Shown: positions 22,832 to 32,877 of the stretch, piece by piece
Layout: every line of letters starts with the position of its first letter
How positions within the stretch are numbered: position 1 is the stretch's first letter
DNA from: an uncultured delta proteobacterium
GTDB taxonomy: Bacteria > Desulfobacterota > Syntrophia > Syntrophales > Smithellaceae
Assembly (NCBI GenBank): GCA_963753975.1
Contig: CAVWEH010000005.1
Span: 731,734 to 795,733 of the forward strand
Length of the DNA stretch: 64,000 nucleotides
Reading direction: 5' to 3'
Notes under the pieces: generated by a model
Told to the model about the DNA's origin: nothing
Seen by the model: the letters and a program-made list of their open reading frames with translations, nothing else
Databases searched by the model: none
Made by a program: the position numbers and the translations under genes

Positions 22832-23076
22832 TATCTTTTCACCTCCTATTTCTTGTCTCTATATTTTACTTACAGTGATTTAAAGAACAGGGCAAGCGAT
22901 TTTTCATTAATAGTTCATTAATAAAATAATGGGTATTGCCGGTTATCGTCATGATTCTGTCCCAGAAATACATTGTCACAGAGTTCAGAAAACATGTTGC
23001 AGATGCCGCCTGCTTATCAATGTCTTTTTTGCTTGGAATTGAGCTGTCTTCAAATCGATCAGATAGCAAATTGGTA

Positions 23077-23694
23077 TCAGTATTCAATGCCGGCGCGGTC
23101 TTTTATGCCCCTATTATAATGATGCTTCACTTCTTGGACTTCGCTTACGGTATCGGCAAGCTCAATTATTTCCGGCGGGGCATAACGACCGGTTAAGATT
23201 ATATCAAGAGCAGGCGGTTTATTTTTAATGAGCTCGATGACCTCCGGCAGAGCGATTAGTTTAAAATCCAGCGCTACGTTGATTTCATCGAGAATAACCA
23301 TATCATATTTGCCGCTCACGATTGCTTTTTTAGCGACGTCCAATCCCTTTTGTGCCAATTCAATGTCGACAGCCGCGGGATTGTCGCGCATGACAAAGCT
23401 ATCCAACCCCGACATGCGGACGGTTAAACGGGGAAGATATTTTTCCGCGGCGACGATTTCGCCGTATTTTCTTCCCTTCATAAATTGCAGAATAAAAACG
23501 CGATAACCCTGCCCGATGGCGCGCAGTGCCTGGCCGAAAGCGGAGGTCGTTTTCCCCTTGCCGTTGCCCGTGATCACTACGACCAAGCCTTTGTCTGTTT
23601 TGCCGGCTTTCTTTTTAGTTTTTTTTGCGGCCGGGGATTTCGCTTTCTTCACGGTTTTGGAAATGGACTTTTTTTTGCTTTTCGCTGTCTTCAT
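23077..23694 (-). CDS. cobO: Cob(I)alamin adenosyltransferase (CobO/BtuR type)
   Basis: TGNGKGKTTSA, QFMKG, ILDEIN, LTGRYAP, GIEY. Confidence 0.93.
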   Translation of the reverse strand: MKTAKSKKKSISKTVKKAKSPAAKKTKKKAGKTDKGLVVVITGNGKGKTTSAFGQALRAIGQGYRVFILQFMKGRKYGEIVAAEKYLPRLTVRMSGLDSFVMRDNPAAVDIELAQKGLDVAKKAIVSGKYDMVILDEINVALDFKLIALPEVIELIKNKPPALDIILTGRYAPPEIIELADTVSEVQEVKHHYNRGIKDRAGIEY

Positions 23695-24665
23695 TTTTTA
23701 TCCTGTTTTTTAAAAAACCGCTGAGCAATTTCTTCCGCCACGGAATAAGGATCGGCTTTTCTGCTTCTTATTATTTCGGCAAAGCTCGTGAGTTCGCCGC
23801 TTTCGGCAAGCGAGTTTAAAACCGGCTCCAGAAGACAGGCGAAGAGCGCATCGTTTATTTCCGCCATAGCTTTCCTGTGCATCCGCTCGGTGAGTTTGCC
23901 GCTTTGCTGCAGATAAATATGATGCTCTTCGATTTTTTGCGCCAGCTCGGCGGCGCTTGCAGCGAATGTTGTCGGCTCAAAAGCATCACCAATATTGACA
24001 ATAGGCGGCTGCCAGCCGTCGGCGGCTTTGGACGCCAAATTGAGCATCGAGGTCAATTCCATTTGCAATTGCTTGGCACCGGCGCGATTGGCTTTGTTGA
24101 TGACGAAGATATCGGCTATTTCCATAAGTCCTGCCTTCATCGTCTGAATTTCATCGCCCATTCCGGGAACAAGCACGACAACGACGCTGTGCGCGTGATT
24201 GATAATGTCGATTTCCTGCTGACCGATGCCTACTGTTTCGACAATAATTATATTTTTGCCCATCGCTTCCATCACGTGAATGGCATCGCCCGCCGCCTGA
24301 GACAGGCCGCCCAGTGCACCGCGGGTGGCAAGCGACCGGACAAAAACTCCGGCATCTTCGGCATGGCGCTGCATACGGATTCTATCGCCTAAGATAGCAC
24401 CGCCGGTAAAGGGGCTGGTCGGATCAACGGCCAGGACGCCGATGGTTTTATTTTTCTTGCGCAACTCGGCAATGAGCGCGTTGGTCAGCGTGCTTTTTCC
24501 CGCGCCCGGCGCGCCGGTTATTCCGATGATGAAAGATTTGCCGGTATGGGGGTATAGTTTTTTAATTTTTGCTTTAGCTTCGGGAATCTTATCTTCAATA
24601 TCCCTGATCAGGCGGGAGGCCAGACGGACATCGCCGCCGCAGATTTTTTTAATAATGGAATCCAT
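23691..24665 (-). CDS. meaB: MeaB/ArgK mutase-associated GTPase
   Basis: GITGAPGAGKST, AVDPTSPFTGGAILGDRIRM, VETVG, NKAN. Confidence 0.93.
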   Translation of the reverse strand: MDSIIKKICGGDVRLASRLIRDIEDKIPEAKAKIKKLYPHTGKSFIIGITGAPGAGKSTLTNALIAELRKKNKTIGVLAVDPTSPFTGGAILGDRIRMQRHAEDAGVFVRSLATRGALGGLSQAAGDAIHVMEAMGKNIIIVETVGIGQQEIDIINHAHSVVVVLVPGMGDEIQTMKAGLMEIADIFVINKANRAGAKQLQMELTSMLNLASKAADGWQPPIVNIGDAFEPTTFAASAAELAQKIEEHHIYLQQSGKLTERMHRKAMAEINDALFACLLEPVLNSLAESGELTSFAEIIRSRKADPYSVAEEIAQRFFKKQDKK

Positions 24666-24689
24666 TTTTACTTGCCGTTTAACGGAGCT

Positions 24690-25091
24690 TTAGTGCGTTT
24701 TTATATTCGTCTTAATCCATTCCACAATAGAATCAAGCGAAGCGCCGGGAGTAAAAATCGCTTTGATGCCGGAATCGTATAGCAGGGAAAAATCCTGTTC
24801 GGGAATGATGCCGCCGCCGATCACCGTAATGTCGGATGCGCCTTTTTCGCGCAAGATTTCGACAACACGCGGAAAGAGCAGACGATGCGCACCGGAAAGA
24901 CAGCTCAAACCAACTAGGTCGACATCTTCCTGAATTGCGGCCGCCGCGATTTGTTCCGGTGTTTGATGACAGCCTGTATAGACGACTTCGAATCCGGCAT
25001 CGCGGAAACACCGCGCCAGAACGCGGGCGCCGCGGTCGTGGCCGTCAAGCCCCGGTTTGGCAACCATCACACGAATTTTTCTTTCCGGCAT
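24690..25091 (-). CDS. Acyl-CoA mutase small, cobalamin-binding subunit
   Basis: [11 protein letters not shown] (DxHxxG), [15 protein letters not shown]. Confidence 0.93.
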   Translation of the reverse strand: MPERKIRVMVAKPGLDGHDRGARVLARCFRDAGFEVVYTGCHQTPEQIAAAAIQEDVDLVGLSCLSGAHRLLFPRVVEILREKGASDITVIGGGIIPEQDFSLLYDSGIKAIFTPGASLDSIVEWIKTNIKTH

Positions 25092-25126
25092 AGATATCTC
25101 CTTAAAATACTATAGCGACTTTGGAA

Positions 25127-25282
25127 CATTCCCGATGGCCTTCGGCCACGGGATCAATGCAACTAGCAGATATTGCTGTACTGCGTTTGCAATATCTGAG
25201 TTTCATCCCGACAGCTTTCGCTGCGGGATAATTCGACTAACGCTTCAAACTTCACGGTGTTCGTTTTCAGCGAGTCTCATTA
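25127..25282. repeat. Modular structured repeat, locus A (two units)
   Basis: CCCGA-hairpin-CGGGAT, then C[AG]ACT-stem-AGT[CT]TCAT units; shared with 41915-42175 and 62235-62312. Confidence 0.8.
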
Positions 25283-26965
25283 CTAATACAGTCCTGGATC
25301 TCTGTATTCTCCATAAACTTCGCGGTAGATGTCGCATATTTCCTGCAAGGTAGCCAGATTTTTCACCGCTTCGATGCAGTGCGGCATGACGTTTTCGCCT
25401 TTTTTACAGGCATTTTTTATGTTATCCAGCGACTTTTTAGCGGCGCGGCTGTCGCGCTTGCGGCGCACGTCTCTCAGCCTTTTTATTTGTTCCTCGCCGA
25501 TTTTCTCGTCAATCTCCACGAGCGGAATGGAATGTTGATTGTTGCTCGCATATTTATTCACGCCGACCATGATTTTTTCAGCGGTCTCCAACTGCCGCTG
25601 AAATTTGTAAGCAGACTCGGCAATTTCCATTTGCGGAAAACCTTTTTCTATGGCGGCAATCATTCCGCCCATGTCATCAATTTTATGAATGTAGTCCCAC
25701 GCGGCTTCTTCGATTTCATTGGTCAGAGTTTCGATAAAATAAGAGCCGGCCAGAGGATCGATGGTATTGGCGACTCCGGTTTCTTCGGCCAGAATTTGCT
25801 GTGTGCGTAATGCAATTTCCGCGGCATGTTCGGAAGGCAGGCAGAAAACTTCGTCTAAAGAATTGGTATGCAGAGACTGGGTGCCGCCCAGGACTGCAGC
25901 CAATCCTTCCACGGTCGTGCGCACTACATTATTATAAGGCTGTTGAGCGGCGAGCGAACATCCGGCAGTTTGCGTGTGGAAGCGCAGCCATAGTGAACGG
26001 GGATTCCGGGCATGGAAGCGGTCGCGCATAATTTTTGCCCACATGCGCCGCGCCGCCCGCAGTTTACAGATCTCCTCAAAAAAATCGATGTGCGAATTAA
26101 AAAAGAAAGACAGCCGCGGAGCAAAATCGTCGACATCCAATTTTTTGCGGCGAATAACGTCTTCCACATATTCGATGCCGTCACGGATCGTGAAAGCCAA
26201 CTCCTGCACGGCGGTGGAGCCGGCCTCGCGAATATGATAACCGCTGATGCTGATGGTGTTCCAGCGTGGAACATACTTGGTGCCGAATTCGACGGTGTCG
26301 CTGATGAGCTTTACCGAAGGCTCCGGCGGACACATAAATGTTTTTTGCGCGATGAATTCCTTGAGCATATCGTTTTGAATGGTGCCGCCGATTTTGGCAA
26401 GCGGAACACCTCTGATATCCGCTGTCGCGCAATACATTGCCCATAAAATAGTTGCCGGAGGGTTAATCGTCATGGAAGTGGTAACTTCGTCCAGAGGAAT
26501 TCCTTCCATAAGAGCCAGAAAATCCTCCAGGGTATCTATGGCCACGCCGCACTTGCCCACTTCACCCAGTGCTTTGGGCGAATCGCTGTCGTAGCCCATA
26601 AGCGTCGGAAAATCAAAAGCGGTGCTGAGCCCCGTCTGCCCTTCACGCAGAAGCATGTGCCAGCGGTGGTTGGTATCCTGCGCGCTGCCCATACCGGAAA
26701 ACATGCGGAACGTCCAGAAGCGCCCGCGGTAGCCGGTAACCTGATTGCCGCGCAGATATGGAAATTCTCCCGGAACACCGATATCCCGGGCAAAATTAAT
26801 ATCTTTTATATCTTCCGGTGTGTAGAGCCTCTTGATTTCGGCATCCGAAACCGTGGAAAAGCGTTCCTTCTGATCGGGGTTGTTCTTCAGCGCTTTTTTT
26901 ACTTCATCCGCCCATTTTTTAGTGAGCTTCAATGAAGCTTCCTGCATTTCTTTGGAGAAATACAC
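25283..26965 (-). CDS. Acyl-CoA mutase large subunit, isobutyryl-CoA-mutase-like
   Basis: WTFRMFSG, GLSTAFDFPT, QNDMLKEFIAQK, SISGYHIREAG, GGTQSLHTN; GTG start after AGGAGG. Confidence 0.92.
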   Translation of the reverse strand: MYFSKEMQEASLKLTKKWADEVKKALKNNPDQKERFSTVSDAEIKRLYTPEDIKDINFARDIGVPGEFPYLRGNQVTGYRGRFWTFRMFSGMGSAQDTNHRWHMLLREGQTGLSTAFDFPTLMGYDSDSPKALGEVGKCGVAIDTLEDFLALMEGIPLDEVTTSMTINPPATILWAMYCATADIRGVPLAKIGGTIQNDMLKEFIAQKTFMCPPEPSVKLISDTVEFGTKYVPRWNTISISGYHIREAGSTAVQELAFTIRDGIEYVEDVIRRKKLDVDDFAPRLSFFFNSHIDFFEEICKLRAARRMWAKIMRDRFHARNPRSLWLRFHTQTAGCSLAAQQPYNNVVRTTVEGLAAVLGGTQSLHTNSLDEVFCLPSEHAAEIALRTQQILAEETGVANTIDPLAGSYFIETLTNEIEEAAWDYIHKIDDMGGMIAAIEKGFPQMEIAESAYKFQRQLETAEKIMVGVNKYASNNQHSIPLVEIDEKIGEEQIKRLRDVRRKRDSRAAKKSLDNIKNACKKGENVMPHCIEAVKNLATLQEICDIYREVYGEYRDPGLY

Positions 26966-27133
26966 TACCCGCCTCCTCGTATTACCGCATGGAATAATTA
27001 AGAATAATTGCCTGCAAAAACTAGAAGGCAACTAACTCAAATGTTTGGTTTTTGTCAAGTTATATTAATGTAATTGGGGCTGGATTAACGTCTGTGGAGG
27101 AATGAAAATGAGGCAGTTATGAAGCTGAGAAAT

Positions 27134-27175
27134 AAAAAAAGCGCTCCAGCGCAATTTTCATGCACCGGAGCGCTT
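27134..27175 (-). terminator. Intrinsic terminator of csp gene
   Basis: AAGCGCTCC..GGAGCGCTT stem with 7-T run on the minus strand. Confidence 0.8.
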
Positions 27176-27198
27176 CCTTTTTGCCATGACGTTTATGC

Positions 27199-27399
27199 TT
27201 AAACAGCTTTGACGTTTTCAGCTTCGGGGCCTTTTTTGCCTTCTTTAACATCGAAGCTTACCTGCTGGCCTTCAGCTAAGGTCTTAAAACCACTGGCTTG
27301 AATCGCGCTGAAATGAACAAACACATCCGCGCCGCCTTCTTGCTCGATAAAACCAAAGCCTTTGCGTTCATTGAACCACTTTACTTTGCCTTCTGACAT
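27199..27399 (-). CDS. Cold-shock protein
   Basis: [33 protein letters not shown]. Confidence 0.95.
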   Translation of the reverse strand: MSEGKVKWFNERKGFGFIEQEGGADVFVHFSAIQASGFKTLAEGQQVSFDVKEGKKGPEAENVKAV

Positions 27400-27579
27400 T
27401 GTGTAGTATCCTCCTTTCTTAAAATTTCCAAGTCGAACCAACACAATGACAGAATCAAAAAAAACCGCCAAGACTCTAAAGAACATGGCGGCTTACCTTT
27501 GTACTTCAAAATGTCTAAATTCAACTCTCTATTCCGCGCCTCTCTGCTCACATAGAACAAATACACGAAACTGAAAGTG

Positions 27580-27608
27580 ATACTATGTGTAATATCAAGT
27601 AAAGTCAA
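27580..27608 (-). promoter_or_regulatory. Sigma70 promoter of csp gene (long leader)
   Basis: TTGACT-17nt-TAGTAT. Confidence 0.6.
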
Positions 27609-27750
27609 GACATATTTAAACTTATTTAAAAACAGTAAAAAGTCGTTAATTAAAGAGAAAGACGGCATGCGAACGAATATCTATTTCTGCCGATGACGCA
27701 AGCTTTAATTCATATCGTAGGCTATTTAATATCATCGGCCAAAATATATC

Positions 27751-27788
27751 TTGACCTTTTGGTAATATTTTTTATATATTCGTGTCAC
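27751..27788 (+). promoter_or_regulatory. nikR promoter with putative NikR operator
   Basis: TTGACC..TATATT overlapped by GTAATA-N15-TGTCAC imperfect palindrome. Confidence 0.5.
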
Positions 27789-27811
27789 GCTAAATCAGCG
27801 GGAGGAAATCT

Positions 27812-28228
27812 ATGTCCAATCTGGTTCGTTTCGGCGTATCGCTGGAAGATGACCTTTTAAATAAATTTGACCGGCATATAAAACAGCATAAATATACAAA
27901 TCGTTCCGAAGCAGTCCGCGATTTAATCCGGGAAGAATTGGTCAAGAAAGAATGGATGGAGAACAAAGAAGTTACCGGTGCGGTAACTCTGGTTTATGAT
28001 CATCATACAAGGGAACTGGTCAACAAAGTTCTGGATATCCAGCATGATCATCACGACTGCATTCTCTCGACGCAGCACATTCATCTTGATCATCACAATT
28101 GCTTTGAAATTATTGTCACCAGAGGCAAATCAACGGAAATCGAAAAGCTTTTTATGAAGCTAAAATCGGTCAAAAGTGTAAAACATGCCGGTTTTATGAT
28201 GGCTACAAAAGGAAAGGATTTAGCCTGA
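27812..28228 (+). CDS. nikR: Nickel-responsive regulator
   Basis: RFGVSL..NRSEAVRDLIR ribbon-helix-helix; YDHH, HIHLDHHNC. Confidence 0.95.
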   Translation: MSNLVRFGVSLEDDLLNKFDRHIKQHKYTNRSEAVRDLIREELVKKEWMENKEVTGAVTLVYDHHTRELVNKVLDIQHDHHDCILSTQHIHLDHHNCFEIIVTRGKSTEIEKLFMKLKSVKSVKHAGFMMATKGKDLA

Positions 28229-28255
28229 TAACACAGAAGGGCAGTAAACAAACTA

Positions 28256-28906
28256 ATGCATATACCCGATGGCTTTTTAGCCACAAATACATGGGCTCCG
28301 GCCTGGGTAATTTCAACCGGCACAATTGGCTATTGCTTGAAAAAAACGGCCGGCATGCTCAAAGACAAAATGGTGCCCTTAATGGGCATCATGTCTGCCT
28401 TTGTCTTCGCTGCGCAGATGATTAACTTCCCCGTTATCGGCGGCACCTCCGGCCACTTGTTAGGTGGAGTGTTGGCGGCTGTATTGCTTGGGCCTTATGC
28501 CGGCGCGGTAGTTCTTACCTGTGTATTGATTTTTCAGTGTCTAATTTTTCAGGATGGAGGCCTCTTGGCCCTCGGAGCCAACATTTTCAATATGGCCATT
28601 ATTGGAACGCTCGGAGGCTACGTTATTTTTAATGTTCTCCATAAAATATTCGGCAGTAAAAAAGGTTTTGTTATCGGAGCTGCTGTCGCTTCCTGGTTTT
28701 CCGTAGTGCTGGCCGCGGTTTTCTGCGCTTTGGAACTGGCCATTTCCGGAACATCGCCTCTGGGCATTGTTCTTCCGGCTATGGCGGGAATACATGCGTT
28801 GATCGGTGTGGGGGAGGCAATAATCACGGTCGCTGTTCTTAGTTTTGTGCAAAAAGTAAGGCCGGATTTAATTTACGGATTTGCAGAAGAAATTAATAAA
28901 TTATGA
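28256..28906 (+). CDS. ECF Ni/Co transporter S component NikM/CbiM
   Basis: N-terminal MHIPDGFL, GTSGHLLGG, DGGLLALGAN. Confidence 0.93.
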   Translation: MHIPDGFLATNTWAPAWVISTGTIGYCLKKTAGMLKDKMVPLMGIMSAFVFAAQMINFPVIGGTSGHLLGGVLAAVLLGPYAGAVVLTCVLIFQCLIFQDGGLLALGANIFNMAIIGTLGGYVIFNVLHKIFGSKKGFVIGAAVASWFSVVLAAVFCALELAISGTSPLGIVLPAMAGIHALIGVGEAIITVAVLSFVQKVRPDLIYGFAEEINKL

Positions 28907-29979
28907 ATAGAAAAGACATTGTTATGGGACTTATCATCGCGGTAATTGTAGCGTTTTTCCTGTCGCCGCTGGCCTCAACCTTACCTGATGGCTTGGAAAA
29001 AGTCGCTCATGATCATGGATTTATTGTCAAAGGCGAGCAGGGCTCCGTTTTCAAATCGCTTATCCCTGATTATATATTTCCGGGACTGAAAAATGAAAAA
29101 ATGGCGACTGCCATATCGGGCCTCCTCGGAACATTGGTTATCTTTGGAATTGGCTATGGGTTGGCTATCTTGCTTAAAAAGAACGAAGGATTGAAGATGA
29201 ATCATTCATTTATTGATGAACATAGTCACATTGACAGTATGTTGAGCCGTCTTGATGCCAGAACTAAAATCGTCAGTTTCTTTGCCTTCATTTTTTTCGT
29301 CATCTTTACCGCGCCCGGTTCCGTTCTAAGTTTTGCACTGTATGGCTTATTACTGCTCACACTCATTGCATTCTCTAAAATACCGATAAGTTATATCTTC
29401 AAACGATGCCTGGTGATTGCCCCCTTTATTTTGATGACAGCGCTTTTCCTGCCTTTTTGGCAGCAGGGAGAAACCATAACGCTGTTCCAAATCGGTACTT
29501 TTCAGGCAAATGTCTCCGCTGCCGGATGGATAATGTTTCAAAGTGTTTTGATCAAAGGCATTTTTTCTGTTGCCTGCCTCACATTACTTACGGCCAGCAC
29601 GCCTTTTCCGCAGCTACTGGCGGCGCTGGAAGATTTGAAATTTCCCCAATTAATTATCATGATTTTATCTTTTATGTATCGTTATATTTTTTTAATAGAA
29701 GATGAAGCCATGAAAATGTGGCAAGCGATGAAATCGCGCCGCGCCGGCGGTTCCCGCTGGCTTCATTTAAAAGCACTAGCCGACATGCTCGGCACACTTT
29801 TTATCAGGTCATATGAGCGGGGCGAAAGAGTTTATCTCGCAATGCGTTCCCGTGGGTTTGACGGAACTTTCCAGCAATCACATAATTTCGAATTAAGAAG
29901 ATACGATCTGGCTTTTCTTTTTAATATATTCTTGGCTTTAGTCAGCATTAAACTTCTGGATAATTTCCTTGGAAAATAA
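28903..29979 (+). CDS. PDGLE-domain NikN read in frame into ECF T component NikQ/CbiQ (second start 29197)
   Basis: ASTLPDGLEKVA; LDARTK, FMYRYI, RSYERGERVYLAMRSRGF. Confidence 0.85.
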   Translation: MNRKDIVMGLIIAVIVAFFLSPLASTLPDGLEKVAHDHGFIVKGEQGSVFKSLIPDYIFPGLKNEKMATAISGLLGTLVIFGIGYGLAILLKKNEGLKMNHSFIDEHSHIDSMLSRLDARTKIVSFFAFIFFVIFTAPGSVLSFALYGLLLLTLIAFSKIPISYIFKRCLVIAPFILMTALFLPFWQQGETITLFQIGTFQANVSAAGWIMFQSVLIKGIFSVACLTLLTASTPFPQLLAALEDLKFPQLIIMILSFMYRYIFLIEDEAMKMWQAMKSRRAGGSRWLHLKALADMLGTLFIRSYERGERVYLAMRSRGFDGTFQQSHNFELRRYDLAFLFNIFLALVSIKLLDNFLGK

Positions 29980-30662
29980 AATCATCAGCATAAAAAATCT
30001 GCATTATTCTTATCCGGACGGCACAAAAGCTCTCTCGGATATAAATCTGGAAATTCAGCGCGGCGAATCACTGGGAATAGTAGGCGCGAATGGCGCGGGT
30101 AAATCCACTCTCCTTCTTCATTTCAACGGTATATTGCAGGGACGCGGAGAGATTAGTGTTTTGGGTAAGGATTTAACCGATAAAAATCTTCCCTTGATTC
30201 GAAGTATGGTCGGATTAGTTTTCCAAGACGCTGACAGCCAGCTTTTTATGCCCACAGTGTTTGACGATGTCAGCTTCGGGCCGATAAATATGGGAATGCC
30301 CAGACAGGACGTGGAGAAATCCGTTAAAAAAGCGCTGAAAGAAGTGGACATGCTGGCATCTATTAAGAGATCAGCGCATCATTTAAGCGTCGGGAGAAAA
30401 AAAACGAATTGCCATTGCTACGGTTTTATCTATGAATCCGCAAATTCTCGTTCTGGATGAACCAAGCAGCAACCTGGACCCCAAACACCGGCGCGCTTTG
30501 ATCAAACTGTTGAATATGCTGGAGATGACTAAAATTATTGCCACTCACGATTTGGATTTAATTAGTCAAACTTGTTCTCGCGTAGTTTTAATGGAAGAAG
30601 GGAAAATCGTTTCCGGCGGCCTTTGCCCGGATTTCTTGGCTGAAGCTGCCGCTCTTTGCTAA
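29969..30662 (+). CDS. ECF ATPase NikO/CbiO; frameshift near 30400
   Basis: GANGAGKST, VFQDADSQ, HLSVG, LDEPSSNLD, ATHD. Confidence 0.9.
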
Positions 30663-30832
30663 AAACAGAGAGGCTTCTTCTCCTTCACTCTATGTCCTTC
30701 CGGCAATAACTTTTGTTGTTAGTTGTTAACCGTTTCAGCGGAAGTTGTGAGCTAATTGATTATGTCTCAAGCTATAATACTTATAATTTTATCCAAAACA
30801 TGATAAAAGCAGTAACTAGAGTAGAAGACCAT

Positions 30833-31585
30833 ATGACTGCCAGTGCCGAAAAACCTGAAGAATTGAACCGGAATGAAATGGCGAAGCTGATAATGGACTT
30901 GCTTCATCGCACTATCGTCCATCACGCTCTCTGGTTTGGTGAGGTGGAGCATCAGTTGGGTATGCCCAAGGCTCTGGAAATTATGAATGAAGCCTGGCAG
31001 AAAAGCTATCCCCTTCAAATCAAAAGACTCTCCGAAATATTCGGCTTCAAAATCAAAGATTCGATTCCCGAAGCCCTGCTTTCCAAGGATAAAGCGGATT
31101 TATTAAAGATCATGGAGGAACTCAGCAAAAATTGGCTCGCCTCCGATGGCGTCTGGTTTCAGACCGTTGAGTCTCATTATGATTTGTGGGAAGCAAAACG
31201 CTGCAATGATTCTTGCTGGGCGCGGTTTTCTCCCTTCGAGGCTTCATCCATTAAGAAATTTCTTCAACTTCCGGAGTCAGCGGGATTGGAAGGCTTGAAA
31301 AAAGCGCTGCGCTTTCGTCTTTATGCCTGTATAAATATGCAAAGCATCATTGATGATACGGAACAAAGCATCATTTTTCAAATGAATGACTGCCGTGTAC
31401 AATCAGCCAGAAAGCGCAAGGGACTCACAGATTATCCCTGCAAATCGGCAGGACTTGTCGAATACCGGACATTCGCCGAAACCATCGATAGCCGCATTAA
31501 GACTAAGTGCATCGGCTGCCCGCCCGATGAGCACCCAGCCGAGTGGTTTTGCTCCTGGCGGTTCTACTTAGAGGATAAAGTTTAA
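30833..31585 (+). CDS. Cys-rich conserved protein (DUF6125-like)
   Basis: NWLASDGVWFQ..AKRCNDSCW..DCRVQSARKRKGL.DYPCK..CIGCPPD..WFCSW. Confidence 0.75.
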   Translation: MTASAEKPEELNRNEMAKLIMDLLHRTIVHHALWFGEVEHQLGMPKALEIMNEAWQKSYPLQIKRLSEIFGFKIKDSIPEALLSKDKADLLKIMEELSKNWLASDGVWFQTVESHYDLWEAKRCNDSCWARFSPFEASSIKKFLQLPESAGLEGLKKALRFRLYACINMQSIIDDTEQSIIFQMNDCRVQSARKRKGLTDYPCKSAGLVEYRTFAETIDSRIKTKCIGCPPDEHPAEWFCSWRFYLEDKV

Positions 31586-31632
31586 ATAGGAGAAAAGGGC
31601 TGTTCCTAAAGGAATAAAGAAAGCAGAGCTAT

Positions 31633-31917
31633 ATGAAAAAAATCAGCGCGGTCATTTTTATTATCTTTTTAATTGGTGCTTCAGTATTTCTTCTCAACAT
31701 ATATAGACAGGCAGCGCCACCAAAAATCTTCTACCTGTTCATTGCTTTTGTTGGAGCGTTTATTGTCGCGGACATAGTTATTTATAAAATCATGAGGAAA
31801 AGATTTACCGATAATACATTGATAATGAAACTCTATACTCTGTTCAGTTTTATTGTTTTGGGTCTATTGCTGTACGTGTTTGCATTGTATATATATCCCG
31901 GTTTTTCACCGGAATGA
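31633..31917 (+). CDS. Small 3-TM hypothetical membrane protein
   Basis: 94 aa hydrophobic ORF. Confidence 0.6.
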   Translation: MKKISAVIFIIFLIGASVFLLNIYRQAAPPKIFYLFIAFVGAFIVADIVIYKIMRKRFTDNTLIMKLYTLFSFIVLGLLLYVFALYIYPGFSPE

Positions 31918-32015
31918 CAAAGAGGTGAAATTGCCATACGACATGCTCAGTATACGACAAATTTCCCTGCAGGGTAAGTGTTCGAAGAATAAAAATATTA
32001 AGGAGTTAATTTATT

Positions 32016-32849
32016 ATGATACCAGATCACCACCCCGCTAAATTCCGCGGGGCATCACAGTACGTTCTTGATGAGGAATTGGCTAAAATTGTGAATATTT
32101 CTATGGCTCTGGAAATGCCCCTTTTGCTCAAGGGAGAACCGGGCACAGGAAAAACAATGCTGGCGCATGCCATTGCGGAAAGTTTGCATATGCCGTTGAT
32201 TGTTCTCAACGTTAAATCCAGCATGAAATTGATCGATGCTCTTTACCAATACGATACCTTAACCCGTCTCAATGACAGCCGTTTTGGCGATTCGAATCGC
32301 GACGTCAGCAATATCGAAGAATACCTCAAGATGGGAAAAATCGGCCAGGCCTTTGCTGCGGAAAAAAAAGTCGTTCTTTTGATTGATGAGATTGACAAAG
32401 CGGATACCGATTTTCAGGACGATATGCTGGATATTCTCGATCAAATGCAATTCGATATTATCGAAATTGATAAAACAATTTCCGCCAAAAACCGGCCGGT
32501 GATTATCATCACTTCCAATGCGAAAAAAGATTTATCCGATCCCTTCCTGGGCCGCTGTAATTTTCATCACATCGCTTTTCCCGATCATGACTTGATGCGC
32601 CAGATTATCGGAGTGCATTTTCCCGATTTAAACAATGATCTGACGGCGGCGTGTCTCGATACTTTTTACCGGTTGCGGGAAGTTCGCGGCGTCGAGAAAA
32701 AACCGGCGACGCGCGAGTTGATTAACTGGATTCGCGCCCTGCAGGCCGATACCGATTTCCAGTTGAAGAATCTAAAAGCGGGCAATGTTCCTTATCTGGG
32801 AGTGCTATTCAAAAAGAGCAATGATTTTTATCTGGCCGCCAGCCAATAA
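32016..32849 (+). CDS. MoxR family AAA+ ATPase
   Basis: GEPGTGKT, LLIDEIDKAD, KKPATRELINW. Confidence 0.9.
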   Translation: MIPDHHPAKFRGASQYVLDEELAKIVNISMALEMPLLLKGEPGTGKTMLAHAIAESLHMPLIVLNVKSSMKLIDALYQYDTLTRLNDSRFGDSNRDVSNIEEYLKMGKIGQAFAAEKKVVLLIDEIDKADTDFQDDMLDILDQMQFDIIEIDKTISAKNRPVIIITSNAKKDLSDPFLGRCNFHHIAFPDHDLMRQIIGVHFPDLNNDLTAACLDTFYRLREVRGVEKKPATRELINWIRALQADTDFQLKNLKAGNVPYLGVLFKKSNDFYLAASQ

Positions 32850-32877
32850 TTTAATGTAAGGTAAGATATAAAAAATT

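Noticed and set aside
25205..25282. Hammerhead ribozyme resemblance (TAATGAG..CGAAT on the minus strand)
   Set aside because: The required CUGAnGA/GAAA core is absent and the flanks pair with each other instead of forming a three-way junction.
25283..26965. Annotation as ordinary methylmalonyl-CoA mutase
   Set aside because: The Tyr89/Arg207 equivalents are Phe/Gln, and there is no epimerase or carboxylase in the operon.
22866..27130. Cobalamin riboswitch near the mutase/adenosyltransferase operon
   Set aside because: No B12-box or conserved core was recognisable in the short intergenic regions.
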